Shown here in pieces: positions 53,527-64,000 of a stretch of DNA of 64,000 bases. How positions within the stretch are numbered: position 1 is the stretch's first letter; the number at the start of each line of letters is the position of its first letter. Made by a program: the position numbers and the translations under genes. Source of the stretch: Tetramitus jugosus (lineage: Eukaryota; Protista; Heterolobosea); NCBI GenBank assembly GCA_937625935.1, contig OW569378.1, positions 310,001 to 374,000 of the forward strand, given 5' to 3'. The notes beneath the pieces were generated by a model, which was given only the letters and a program-made list of their open reading frames with translations, searched no databases and was not told where the DNA came from.

Positions 53527-55017
53527 CTAACGCTTCTGATTTAGTCCCCTGAAATACAACTTCCTCTCTTCTTCTGAAATTTTTTCTCCTCGTGACGGCT
53601 TGAAGCATTTGAACTCCTTAATGTATTCGGACTCTATCCGAAGCATGTCATGATACTTGTCAGTACTAGAACTCGGAACCACATGGATGATCATTAGTAC
53701 ACTGTTTGCTGCTCCGCAGTGAGCAAATATAGCATGAACTAGCTGTGAGTCAGCTTCTTCTCCCGTAGCTATTTTATGAGTAGCTGAAATATGTTCGCCC
53801 CACCTCTTTTGTATTACACGCGAATCACTCTCCCGAGAACCAACACTACCAATATAATGGAAGTAGTACTTTTGTTCATTGAACTTAAATTTGAAAGCAG
53901 CAAAGTATACTGCATGCCCTGTTCTCTTTGTAGATTGAGGAAACTGTCGTGCTAACCGATCAGCTTTTTCAAACACGCTACATTTCTTCATCCACTTCTG
54001 ATACTTGTGTCGATCGAATAACATATCAGATGACTGAGGGTGAGTAACTGAAGCATATTTGTCCTCGAAAGTTACAAAATATGGTAGATCACAATCAGTC
54101 TTGGGATAGTAAAGTAATTGTAGTGCCTTGAATGGATTCGACCGAGATCTGGCAGACATGGGAGGTACTGTTTTGATTAGACAGAACCTAAATTCTGATT
54201 TTCTCTTGCAATTTTGCTCGTCTAACAATTCCTGTAATAACTCTTTTCCGTAGACAACCGTTTTTTGTACGACCTTTATCTCCACACTCTTCTCAACCTT
54301 AATCGATACCTTCTTTGATTTCTTCATATCCTGTTTGAAGAGGTAGTCACTAGCTGTAGTAACAAAGGAACTAGAGAGTAAATTAATGATCGATTTCTTG
54401 TCCAGCTCCTCAACTTCTTTGTGTGGCTTCTCGTAGGGCGGGACATCTGCCTGCGCCACTGAGGTTTGCAACAACTGCTTCTCCACCTTGGGTTCTAATC
54501 TACTATTCTTTTGTACACTTAATTCTCTCTTGATCGGTGATGATTGTGATGGCACAGCTTCCCGTTTCACCTTGTCGTCCTGTTGTTTGTCATTGTTCTT
54601 TTCTGGTGTTGGTGGCTCCTTTTTAACGGTCAATTGGTTGTATACTCTCTCTTGTTTCTCCTCCTTGTGATTTTTCCTGTCAACCTTTGGTGCCGTAACA
54701 TTTGACACCTCCTCTCCTGATGTCACTAGCTCGGCCAGGTGTTCCTGTTTCACTGCTACTGGTGGTAGCTTAGTTTGTTCCTGTTGGACTTGTGGTTGTT
54801 GTTGGGACTCCTCTCTTATTTTGTTTGCCGCCTTCCATCCCTTGACAAGATACACCTTCAACCTGTTCAACTCCTTTGATATCGAACATTCCATTATTAA
54901 GTCCTCTTCTGTTGGCCATCGATCAAGCATTTGGTCAACCGTGAGGATACCGAGTGTCGCTAGATGCTCCGAACATTTTGTACCAATACCAGGTAAACTC
55001 TTCACTTTGCCATTCAT
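53527..55017 (-). CDS. Helix-hairpin-helix (BAF-like) + GIY-YIG nuclease domain protein
   Basis: N-terminal VKSLPGIGTKCSEHLATLGILTVDQML; C-terminal GHAVY...YIGS...KRWGEH...LRIESEYI...GLN. Confidence 0.75.
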   Translation of the reverse strand: MNGKVKSLPGIGTKCSEHLATLGILTVDQMLDRWPTEEDLIMECSISKELNRLKVYLVKGWKAANKIREESQQQPQVQQEQTKLPPVAVKQEHLAELVTSGEEVSNVTAPKVDRKNHKEEKQERVYNQLTVKKEPPTPEKNNDKQQDDKVKREAVPSQSSPIKRELSVQKNSRLEPKVEKQLLQTSVAQADVPPYEKPHKEVEELDKKSIINLLSSSFVTTASDYLFKQDMKKSKKVSIKVEKSVEIKVVQKTVVYGKELLQELLDEQNCKRKSEFRFCLIKTVPPMSARSRSNPFKALQLLYYPKTDCDLPYFVTFEDKYASVTHPQSSDMLFDRHKYQKWMKKCSVFEKADRLARQFPQSTKRTGHAVYFAAFKFKFNEQKYYFHYIGSVGSRESDSRVIQKRWGEHISATHKIATGEEADSQLVHAIFAHCGAANSVLMIIHVVPSSSTDKYHDMLRIESEYIKEFKCFKPSRGEKISEEERKLYFRGLNQKR

Positions 55018-55103
55018 GGATTCCTTTGTTACACTTTTCTTTTTTCAGGGATTGTTTTCCCACACTTCTTCCTTCCTTCAACTTTCGGAGCCACAAGAAC
55101 AAC

Positions 55104-55150
55104 TTTCCGCCAAAATTCTGTCCGATCACACAATTTTTTTGGCGGCAAAA
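55104..55150. promoter_or_regulatory. Inverted pair of E2F-like sites (TTTTGGCGG) in a divergent promoter
   Basis: CCGCCAAAA at 55107-55115 and TTTTGGCGG at 55137-55145, in the 202-bp gap between the nuclease ATG (55017) and the TBCB ATG (55220). Confidence 0.45.
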
Positions 55151-55219
55151 GTCATTTTACTGCGACTTTCGCAGCCAAAAAATTAACCACGAAAAAACAG
55201 AGACCACAGAGCAATAAAC

Positions 55220-55939
55220 ATGGTATGGTTAGAAATTACGCACTCCGTGCTGCCACTACGAACCGAAAAGCAATTCGATTCCAGTATTGCAATTGAAACA
55301 TTAAAGGCAAGACTGTATGCTGTCGTAGGAACCAGCCCTTCTCACATGCAACTTCAATTGTTCAGTGTCGATGGTCAATTGCTCGTGCCTGACATGGCCG
55401 ATGAACAAACACTGTCTCAATATGGAGCAACTGTCGATCACATGAGAGTTCACATTATTGACAATGATCCAACCAACTCGTTGGCTCAATTGAACAATGT
55501 TGAATCTGTAGAAAAGTATGTCATCTCAGAGGAAGACTATGACAAGAGAGAGGACACATTCCGGAAGTGGAAGGAAAGAAATATGGCAGCAACAACTGCC
55601 CCACCCTCTAGCAATGCTGAACAGAGCAACAATAATGAAGATCAAGACAAATTACATGCAGAGTTGATCAAGACAATCAAAGTAGGAGATCGTTGCGAAT
55701 TGGACAATGAACTAAGCTCGAGAGGCAAGGTTCAATATGCAGGAAAGGCTGCATTTGGCAGTGGATACTGGGTAGGTATTCAATTAGACGAGCCAGTGGG
55801 GAAACACAATGGAACAGTCAAGGGTAACAAGTATTTTGTTTGCCCAGACAAGCACGGTATATTTGTGAGACCAGACAAGGTCAAAGTGGGCGACTATCCA
55901 GAGGAAGACTTTGACTTTGGTTCAGACGATGAAATTTAA
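55220..55939 (+). CDS. TBCB: Tubulin-folding cofactor B (Ubl + CAP-Gly)
   Basis: VEKYVISEEDYDKREDTFRKWK; GYWVGIQLDEPVGKHNGTVKGNKYF.CP.KHGIFVRP.KVKVGDYPEED...DEI. Confidence 0.95.
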   Translation: MVWLEITHSVLPLRTEKQFDSSIAIETLKARLYAVVGTSPSHMQLQLFSVDGQLLVPDMADEQTLSQYGATVDHMRVHIIDNDPTNSLAQLNNVESVEKYVISEEDYDKREDTFRKWKERNMAATTAPPSSNAEQSNNNEDQDKLHAELIKTIKVGDRCELDNELSSRGKVQYAGKAAFGSGYWVGIQLDEPVGKHNGTVKGNKYFVCPDKHGIFVRPDKVKVGDYPEEDFDFGSDDEI

Positions 55940-56232
55940 AAGAGAGATGTGAGCTCACTCAGACCAAGAGAATATTTTGGTTTGCTGCAGAGAGTTGTCA
56001 TCCTATGATATTAGTAAAGATGTACACAATATATTGAATTCCTATCTCTATTGCTTTCTCACGACATTTTCAAACCGAGCTTTGCATTTTGGTTCAATCT
56101 TGTAATGCATCTATTCAAAGTTGACAAAAATTTTTTGTAAGAATACCGCGATTGGAAAAATCACGCAAGCAACAAACAACAGGGCGTAAACTTTTCAACA
56201 ACACCATTATTCACCCACATTATCCCTCAAAA

Positions 56233-57113
56233 ATGTTCACATCACTTGTTCGACAAGCAACCAACAATATCGTGAGAAGAAGCGTCGTTGCAGCTCGCCC
56301 AAATGCTGCAGAAGCTCTTTTCACAACTCAAATGCGTTCCTACGCTGAAGCCAAGAAGGAAGGTGGAGAACAAAAGAAGAAGAAGGCAAAGAAGGGAAAG
56401 AAAAGAAAAAAGGAGACCAAGGATGGTTTCTCTCACATCCCTAACCGTTTCATCAGAACTTTGCCAGCTGATCCATTCACACCTGTTGCCGTCCCAAAGA
56501 TCTCCATGTCTTTGATGAGAGGTTCTCAATACGTGCTCAAGAATCAAAGATTGGACAAGATTGAATGTGAAACTGTTGAAGAAGGTCAAGTTGTCATTCT
56601 TCCAAGTATGAGAAACACTATGGTTAGACTGCAACCTGGTCTAGTGAAGGTTTGTATCATTTTTGATGTCGTGTAGAAGCATATTTTGTGGTTCTTGTTC
56701 AGAATTTTGACGAAAGCTAACACCACTCGCTCTTTTACTCGTGGTTGATCCGAAATTTCGCCCCCGATGTTTTTTTTTGTGGCCGACATGAATCATGTTG
56801 CGATTTGAATTATTCTTGACATGTCGATATTTGATGATTCGACACACTATAGTTCTACAAGAATGAAGACGAAGTCGAAAAGTACTATATTACTGGTGGA
56901 TGGATGTTTGTTTACTACCATGGTCCTGTTCAATTGAACTGTACAGAAGTGTATGCTTTGTCTGATTTGGATGTCAATTTGGTCAGAGTTGAAATTGAAA
57001 GATGCAAAGAATTGAACAAGAGCAGAGACGATAAGGTGAGAATCCAAGCTCAAATGGCTATTGAATTTTTGGAACCATTGCAAAAGGTTTTGGAAGAAAA
57101 CGAACATGCTTAA
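56233..57113 (+). CDS. ATP5F1D: Mitochondrial F1 ATP synthase delta subunit; intron 56650-56852
   Basis: Presequence ...QMRSYAE; T.EEG...ILP......LQPGLV, KYYITGGWMFV, TEVY.LSDLD, AQMAIEFLEPLQKVL. Confidence 0.75.
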
Positions 57114-57305
57114 ATCAATTTAAGACCATAAAGGCGGGATTTAATTGTACACTTTATTTTTTGTTTGCCCATAAAGCACAATTTTCAATCATCATTCCGC
57201 GCAAGTATTATGAAGCTTTTCGGATGAAGCAAGATAACAAGATCAATGAAACACAAGAGATCAGAAAAAAAACTTCAGTGACTAAATTAACAATTGGTGC
57301 CTTTC

Positions 57306-58167
57306 TTAGAAACTTTCTTTCATTCTAGATGATATTATACGAAGCTTGTTGTAAACAACACCAGGAGGACTACCCAGAATCAAATCAGAGATTGCATTTC
57401 TGGCAACAGAAATATTTTGGAATGATCCCATAATGTGTATACGTGTTCCAGCAATCAAAACTCTACTCTTTGTGGCGTTTTCAATGGTAAATTTGACAGA
57501 TCCGTCCTTACCGGCAATACGGGCAACAGTACGTGACAAATGGTCACCAGTTAAGCTTCTCTTCACATCCTTAATATCAAATGATTCAATGTAAAGATCA
57601 TCCAATCGAATCAGGGCCAAAGCATCAGCCACTTCGAATCCCAACAGGAAAGCTTGCACAAAATCAGCAGCCTTCTGCAGCAGAGAGACATCAATGTCGG
57701 AATCTGGTGGAAGCTGTAAAAATCAAAAAAACGGGCGCGCAAAAAATTTTGCAAAGCAACACACACAAAACACACATTCGTCAGTCATCTTTTTGTTGTT
57801 GTTGTTTGCTCCAAGCACAGAAAAAAAAAGTGATCATGAATTGACGATAATAACATACCCTAATCTCCACACACTTTCTCTTGGTGTTCATACGAACTTG
57901 AAGCTCCAACTTTTCAACAATTGGTGTGTAAATGCTCTCCCACTTTGCTTTGAGTGCGGTGTATCTGTTTGCAGGGACTCTAATGCTTCTCATTTGAGAT
58001 TTATCAATCTTTCGTTTTGGTGCATCCTTTGGATTCACTAATTGATAACTTGATTCTTCAGATGATGATTCTGTTGTTGTTGTTGATTGTTCTTCATTGT
58101 TGTTGTCTTCGGAGGTGGAAGGAGCAGTGGTTTGTTCCCAAATATTAGTTGTGTCGGATGCGCTCAT
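57306..58167 (-). CDS. PNO1: Pre-rRNA processing KH protein PNO1/Dim2; intron 57714-57858
   Basis: [33 protein letters not shown]; [32 protein letters not shown]; [18 protein letters not shown]; [10 protein letters not shown]. Confidence 0.95.
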
Positions 58168-58360
58168 TGTCGGTCGGTTTGTCGTTTGTTATGTGTGGTT
58201 GTGTTGTGTGTAAAGTTCAAAAAGCTTTTTGCTCCGCTTGGTTGAATGTCCGAAGTCAAGAAAAATGTTCATTTTTGTGATTGAACGACAGGAGATTGAT
58301 TGAAGTTTCATTTCATGCATGTTGTATTCGCAACAGCAAGCAAAAAAATAAATAGTTGTT

Positions 58361-60745
58361 TCAGGGGTTGTTTTCTTCCTCGGAGAAGAATAAGCTGGGA
58401 GTCAATAATGGATTGTGAGATGGACTGTAGGGAGATGTGTCTTGTCCTATGTCGTGTGCGGAGAGGGAGCTGGTGATTACAACTGGATTTTCGGCCAATT
58501 GTTCAGTACTGACAGCTGAAACAGAGTGCTCTCGAGGGCTGACGGTCTCGAGTGGTACATAATCTACGTTCATGTGAGAGACTCGAGGTGTACTTGCTGC
58601 CACACTTGAATGGTATTGAGAGATCATGAATGCCTTGCTGTCCTCAACAGTAGCAGCATTGTCAATCGAGAAGAACTTGGAGGCAAATCTTCGAGGCTTG
58701 ATAATAGTAATCAGAGCAGGTAACAGTTCAGATATTAAGAACAAGCAATAGAACACAAGAGGTACCTTTGTTTTGTAGGATACTGTGCTGAAAACGAGAG
58801 ACTCTAAGCTTGGAATGTTCATGAGTATGGTGAACAATACAACGAGCACCCATGAGCTAGTAACTGCGACAACAAACACACTCAAGAAAATATAAACCTC
58901 AAACTGAACAAGTGTTAGTACATACGTGCTAGGTTGACCAATAAAGCAGCATTCCTTTGAGAAATCAAAATTTTGAGAGAAATGACATACTCTGATGAAT
59001 AATTTCCTGTCTGGTATGTTGAACAACAGTTGGAAGAGACATATCAGAGGAGCAATTCCAAAAGCGTTGGACCAACTCTTGATGGCAGGTGGAAAATGTT
59101 TTCGCATAATGACCTGAATATTGGGTGCATTGAAATCTGCTTGCTCAAACTCTCCCTTCCACTGACATGAGAAGTGTATTGCATGAACCGCAGTTTGCTC
59201 CAATGAAAACGTATACTCTTTCGATACCACAGCTTGATGTGAGCCTTCGTACTCCTCCGACCCAAAATCAATCGTCAATGGTGTCTTGAACAGAACTTTA
59301 TCAAAGTTCACTGTAATGTCGGCCTCGTTGTGCTCCCGAATCTCAAATACACCAGTAAAGGATGAAAATGGTTCACCGTACACAGTCAATTGAATATCGT
59401 AGGGTGAGCCGGCTTCCAATCTCGACACAGGTGGCTTAATGTAATAATAGAGGAGATAGGAATGATGCAGGGACATTGTGATGAAAAATGCAGTAAAGAG
59501 CCACGCCATTAAACAAGTGATAAATGCAATGACGTTATATGTCCATATATGAGAGATTGAGTATGCTTTGGGCAACGAAGGAAGTACCATGTAATGCAAA
59601 ATAAATTGACACTCCATTGGATGCTTGTTCAAGTTAAAATAACCACCGCATCGCCTGTTCGAAATGCGAACCATTGCTGCACATTGATCATTTGCAATAC
59701 AGAATCCTCTCTGTTGCTCGTACTGGATATCAGTGTATGACTGTCGTTCATCAGTGGCCTGCAGACTGCGATTCTTACTATCAGCGGCACTCAAAGCAAA
59801 CGAGTCTCTCAAATCACAAAACTCGTCATGGCTACCATTGGCAGAAGAAGAAGAAATTCGATTCTCGCTTGGTTTCGACTCATTCATCAGTGCTCTAAAA
59901 AAGTCTTGACACACAGTGCGTGATTCATTCTGTTGACACTTTTGAGACTTTACAATCTGACTATACTCCTTTCCACCACTCTCCCTCTCACTACTACTAC
60001 TACTACTATTATCCGTATTATCATCATCATCATCATTCTTCCTTGTTGTTGATGGTACTCCAAAATCCAATAAAAACGCTTGCATAAACACTGGAAAATC
60101 CCTAGGTACACTCTGTAAATCAAAGTTCAACTGAGCCACGTGTTGACTACTCTCCCTCGGTCCATAATAATCCACTTGTTCCTCCCAATCCGATGGAGTA
60201 AACGACAAGTAGTACACTGTTTCCAATCTCCACTGAAAACAATTGAGTGCATTTTCTTGAATAAACACAGTGGCGTTCGGATCCAATTCACGCACCCATT
60301 CATTCACTCGATTATGATGATCATTACTCCACATTGTAGAGTGATGATGATGATCACCACCACCACTACTACTACTACTACTACTGCTACTGCTACTACT
60401 ACTGTTGTGATCAATGAATTGAAAACCGTGGGGACACTGAGAATTGTCATGAAGTAAGCTATGGGTCCACAATAGACTCACAATGGACAAATTCTTGTTA
60501 TTGAGATTGGGAACCGTAGTAGAAGAGAGGAATGAGATGGTGGTAGAGTCAGGCAGTGGACTACCTTGACAAATGATGATTAGATTGGACAATGAATGAT
60601 GATGATTGTTGTGATCGGTAGGTGTCATCATGTATTGTCTATAGGGACCAGAGATACTGTACCATGGTAGGAGGAAGAATGGACCACTGAAGAAAGCTAA
60701 CAGAAGGGTAAAGATGTAAAAGAGAAGGCGAACGAATACATTCAT
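58361..60745 (-). CDS. Hypothetical multi-pass membrane protein with Cys-rich lumenal region
   Basis: 794-aa ORF; N-terminal hydrophobic segment, poly-Ser tracts, Cys-rich region, several TM segments after aa ~400. Confidence 0.6.
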   Translation of the reverse strand: MNVFVRLLFYIFTLLLAFFSGPFFLLPWYSISGPYRQYMMTPTDHNNHHHSLSNLIIICQGSPLPDSTTISFLSSTTVPNLNNKNLSIVSLLWTHSLLHDNSQCPHGFQFIDHNSSSSSSSSSSSSSGGGDHHHHSTMWSNDHHNRVNEWVRELDPNATVFIQENALNCFQWRLETVYYLSFTPSDWEEQVDYYGPRESSQHVAQLNFDLQSVPRDFPVFMQAFLLDFGVPSTTRKNDDDDDNTDNSSSSSSERESGGKEYSQIVKSQKCQQNESRTVCQDFFRALMNESKPSENRISSSSANGSHDEFCDLRDSFALSAADSKNRSLQATDERQSYTDIQYEQQRGFCIANDQCAAMVRISNRRCGGYFNLNKHPMECQFILHYMVLPSLPKAYSISHIWTYNVIAFITCLMAWLFTAFFITMSLHHSYLLYYYIKPPVSRLEAGSPYDIQLTVYGEPFSSFTGVFEIREHNEADITVNFDKVLFKTPLTIDFGSEEYEGSHQAVVSKEYTFSLEQTAVHAIHFSCQWKGEFEQADFNAPNIQVIMRKHFPPAIKSWSNAFGIAPLICLFQLLFNIPDRKLFIRVCHFSQNFDFSKECCFIGQPSTYVLTLVQFEVYIFLSVFVVAVTSSWVLVVLFTILMNIPSLESLVFSTVSYKTKVPLVFYCLFLISELLPALITIIKPRRFASKFFSIDNAATVEDSKAFMISQYHSSVAASTPRVSHMNVDYVPLETVSPREHSVSAVSTEQLAENPVVITSSLSAHDIGQDTSPYSPSHNPLLTPSLFFSEEENNP
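60363..60404. repeat. (CTA/CTG)n trinucleotide tract encoding poly-Ser on the minus strand
   Basis: ccactactactactactactactgctactgctactactactg. Confidence 0.8.
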
Positions 60746-61639
60746 TCATAAATGGGATGTTGCTTTGACTTGTTGCGTATTGGTGATGTGAGAAGCAACA
60801 TTCAATGCTTTGTTTGCTCGTTGGTGATTGTGTGATTTTTTTTTGTGTGATGACATGAGAGAAAAGCTTTTAAAAAAAATTGGTGTTTGGTTTGGGTCAT
60901 AGTTCAGGTTTTTTACTTGTTGTGCTGTGAGACAGAAAAGAGCTTCATTGAAATGATCGTCATCAGATCTGATCCTTCTTTCAAACTCATATATATCATT
61001 CGTTACATTACACAAAATTTGTTTGGTAAAATTACAATCGTTCATCCTCATTGGTTCTCATGGTCATCCTCCAGTTCGTTTCACTGATAAAAAATATCTA
61101 CCCTAAGAGCAATATTATATCTTCATCATTGAATTCAGGCAAGAGTTTATGATACGCAATGAATTGATCAATAATCGTTTATCTTGGAGTTCAAGCTTAG
61201 TCCTATGATGATGAATAGAGATCATAGGCAAAGACAATATTGCATTAGCTTTCTTCTCTCTGAGAAAAGAAGCAAAAAGCTTGATCATGATGAACGAAAG
61301 AAAAAACTTACTTTTCGACTGGCAGTCACGTAATGGTAGATAATGATCAAGAAAAAGATCAAAACTCCCATTACATTTGCAAAAACACCCAATTGGTCAT
61401 CAGTAATCATTTTTTTTTGTTCGAGTGTGGTGTTGGATGAGGAGAGATGGAATCAATCTTTTATGGATGTCGTTCAGTTCTTGTTGTTGATCGCTTGAGG
61501 AATTTCGGCGCCCACAGTCTCAACTCCGGTGGAACATTCAATGATTACACTGAACATGCAATTTTCACACAAAAAAAAAATTGAACACGAAAAAACATCA
61601 TCTTTTATTGCCAAAAACACATCACAACACTCAATAATC

Positions 61640-64000
61640 ATGGCGGCCCCAAAGAGAAAAGCTCCAGCAAGCAAAAGTGAAGATTTTCCAAAAAAGAAAC
61701 AAAAACTTGGAAAGAGAAAATTAAAACCAACGACTCACACGAGCATTTCCTTCAAATCAAAGACTATTCAACTGACGAGTCAGAATTTGAGATCAAATGA
61801 TGTGATCGCAGCCAAGTTGGCAACAACTGAGCATGATATGGCTGTCAATAATGAGAAAACTCCAGAATTTTTCGCAAAGGATTTTGTCACCAAGAGAAAT
61901 TTGTCATTGAATGATATTACGAACCAGTTTCATCACTACAATGTCAAGATTCAAGCCAGTACGTATCAATGTTTTTATGATTGTGCTTGAAATGACTGTT
62001 TTTTTTAACATTGAGCTAAACAAATTTTTTTGGCGCCATTTTTTTTGAAAATATTGTCATTTTACAGCGGCATTGAAGAGCATGCTAGAGCTCGTGGTTT
62101 TGCACCCAAAGATTTTACAACAAAATTTGAGCACAATCATACACTCAACATGTCCATTTATTGTTCATGAGGAAAGACCTGTCAGAAAGGAGCTCAGGAG
62201 ACTTCTTCAGTTTATTTTCCCGATTTTGTCCGAAAACACCATGAAACCATACATAGGATTCTATGTGGCTCACGTAGGCAATGCACTCACCAGTTTATTC
62301 TCCACTGTTCGTATCTTTGGTCTAGAGCTCTTGCAAATGTTGATTGAGAACTATGAGTCGCAGTGCGCGCAATACTCTGCCAAAATTTTGCCCAATTTGT
62401 TCAATGTGTTTCAAATGAGAACCGCTGGTATATCATACAAGGGCAAAAATCACTCGATTCAACAAGAGCTCAGTGTGAACATCTTGGATCGATATTTGGG
62501 TGTTCTATTGGAGCACAATAAGCTCAAGATTCCAAACTATGTGAGAGAGATTAGTCATCCCCTCTTTTTCCATCATTCCCATGTTCAAAACAAGCTCAAG
62601 AAGGACGATTTGGATCAACAGAGAGAGTTTATGTTCGCAAGAAACAAGGTTCTGCCCCACATTGCATTCACATTCAACAGTGTGAGTGATCAGCGCATGC
62701 AAATGTATCATCGATTGATTCAGAGAAAAGTTGCTGATAAGAGCAAGATTATGTTTGAGTCGGAGAAGAAGAAGCCTTTGTCATCAACTTCGTCATCCTC
62801 TGATCAAGTGCCTGCTGCTGAGCAACAGCAAAAGCAACAAAAGTCCAAGGACAGCACAAAGGACTCCTCATCTCATCACGTGCTCATGCTCAGTGAAGAT
62901 GTGACCAATTATAGCATGGAGACTGAACAGTCATTGAATCTGATGATTCACAAGTTTTCATCGCCACTGTCCGAGTTGTACATGGAGTTTTACTCTCCTT
63001 TGAATCCTTCCATTGTGCACAATTCTCTTCACTCCATTTATCAGCTATTGTATGCTTTGGAGGAGGTGTCAACTGATGTGATTGATACAGCAAAGATGCA
63101 AAACGATTTCCCATTCTTCAAGTACTTGAGGAGAAAGGGTGAAGTGGAGTCTCACCTCGGAAAGACGAATCACTTCTCATGCAGATCAGCATGGATCGGC
63201 ATTACGTCCTTCTTTGATATCGACGAGACAATTGTTCAATTGTTGAGCGTTTTTTGTAAGAACAGGTTTGATGGTGACGCAAGAGACTTTGCAATTCTGT
63301 TGGGTGCATTCTGGAGAGTTAGCAGATATTTGACTGAGGATGTTGAGCTCGCGTTGTGGAAGGGTTTGACAAACATTTTCCTCAATGAGTCTCATCTCTC
63401 TCTCGTCCAAACATTGATTCTGCAGTTCTTTAGCGATATTGTGTTGAAGAAACAGAAAATGACACCTGCCGTACCTATATTCAAAGTATGGGCCAAGCAA
63501 CTACCAGTCTTGTTGAGCATGATTAGTCCGGAGCAAATTGGATTGTCAAAGTTTTTGGTCTCAGCCCTCTCTGCATTCTCCAAGAGCTTGCATCAGTGTC
63601 ATTTGACACCCGATTCATTGTTCCCACTATTTGCACCTAATTTCTTCCTCGCATTGCCAAGTCAGTACCAAACTCCACTCTTGTACCTGTTGTTCCATTC
63701 TCCAGATGTTAAGATTTCGAATGATATTTTGAAGAGTATGTCTCAAATCTGTACGAGCACCAAGTGTGAATCTGGTGTGGCCAGTGTGTTGATTGAGTTT
63801 ATTGCTGTGCAGAATGAGATTAATCCCGTGGATAAGACAACTTTCTTGCTCAGTGTCATTTGTGGAAAGCCAGAGTTAATCAGTGAAATCATTGTGGCCT
63901 TTAGCAACATTGAGGATGCTCTGAATCGCATCTCTGGATTCATGTGTCACATGCTGCCAAAGGATCTGGACATGAGATTGCAATCATCTCTGTTAGCACT
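61640..64000 (+). CDS. TEX10: IPI1/TEX10 (Rix1 complex) pre-60S factor; intron 61959-62067; runs off window end
   Basis: DFPKKKQKLGKRKLKP..HTSISFKSKTI.L..Q, TKRNLSL.D...Q.HHYN. GTACGT...TACAG intron continues in frame into a long HEAT-like region (ALKSMLELVVLHP...VRKELRRLL...PYIGFYVAHVGNALT). Confidence 0.85.

Noticed and set aside
53527-55017. GIY-YIG ORF as a homing endonuclease or Penelope element
   Set aside because: No reverse transcriptase, terminal repeats or group I intron context visible; flanked directly by housekeeping genes.
60746-61639. AT-rich gap with a 101-aa ORF
   Set aside because: Low complexity, no motifs; consistent with a divergent promoter region.
1-64000. tRNA, rRNA, CRISPR arrays, prokaryotic operons
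   Set aside because: None recognised by eye; the spliceosomal introns and gene content are eukaryotic.

Overview
A compact, gene-dense eukaryotic (protist) nuclear region holding about 33 protein-coding genes. Intergenic gaps are short, and genes carry few spliceosomal GT-AG introns (58-203 nt, mostly GTAT/GTAA donors, often a CTAAC/CTGAC-like branch point). Architecture and content (CEP76, MYCBPAP, severin-type gelsolin, Rho GTPase, bacterial-type uridine kinase) suggest an amoeboflagellate such as a heterolobosean, but this is inference only. I spliced the multi-exon genes by hand. Recognisable genes: CEP76, kynurenine aminotransferase, GH38 alpha-mannosidase, CHD-type SNF2 ATPase, BRSK-like kinase, TMEM14, GSK3, Rho GTPase, CWC27, NIPA/ZC3HC1, TBCB, ATP synthase delta, PNO1 and IPI1/TEX10. 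I saw no rRNA, tRNA, CRISPR array or intact transposon. The best candidate for an undescribed system is 53527-55017(-): an N-terminal helix-hairpin-helix (BAF-like) module fused to a GIY-YIG nuclease with an apparently complete active site, behind a divergent promoter carrying inverted E2F-like sites. Other unusual architectures are an ACBP-dienoyl-CoA reductase fusion ending in SKL, a C2-severin fusion, a doubly anchored PghP-like metallohydrolase, a ricin lectin with a glycine zipper, a ThrRS-domain/uridine kinase, a pseudokinase-kinase tandem, a Rho GTPase with an ~80-aa insert, a BEACH-coiled-coil protein and a DxD-less GT64. All family calls are from motif recognition by eye; no database search was run.
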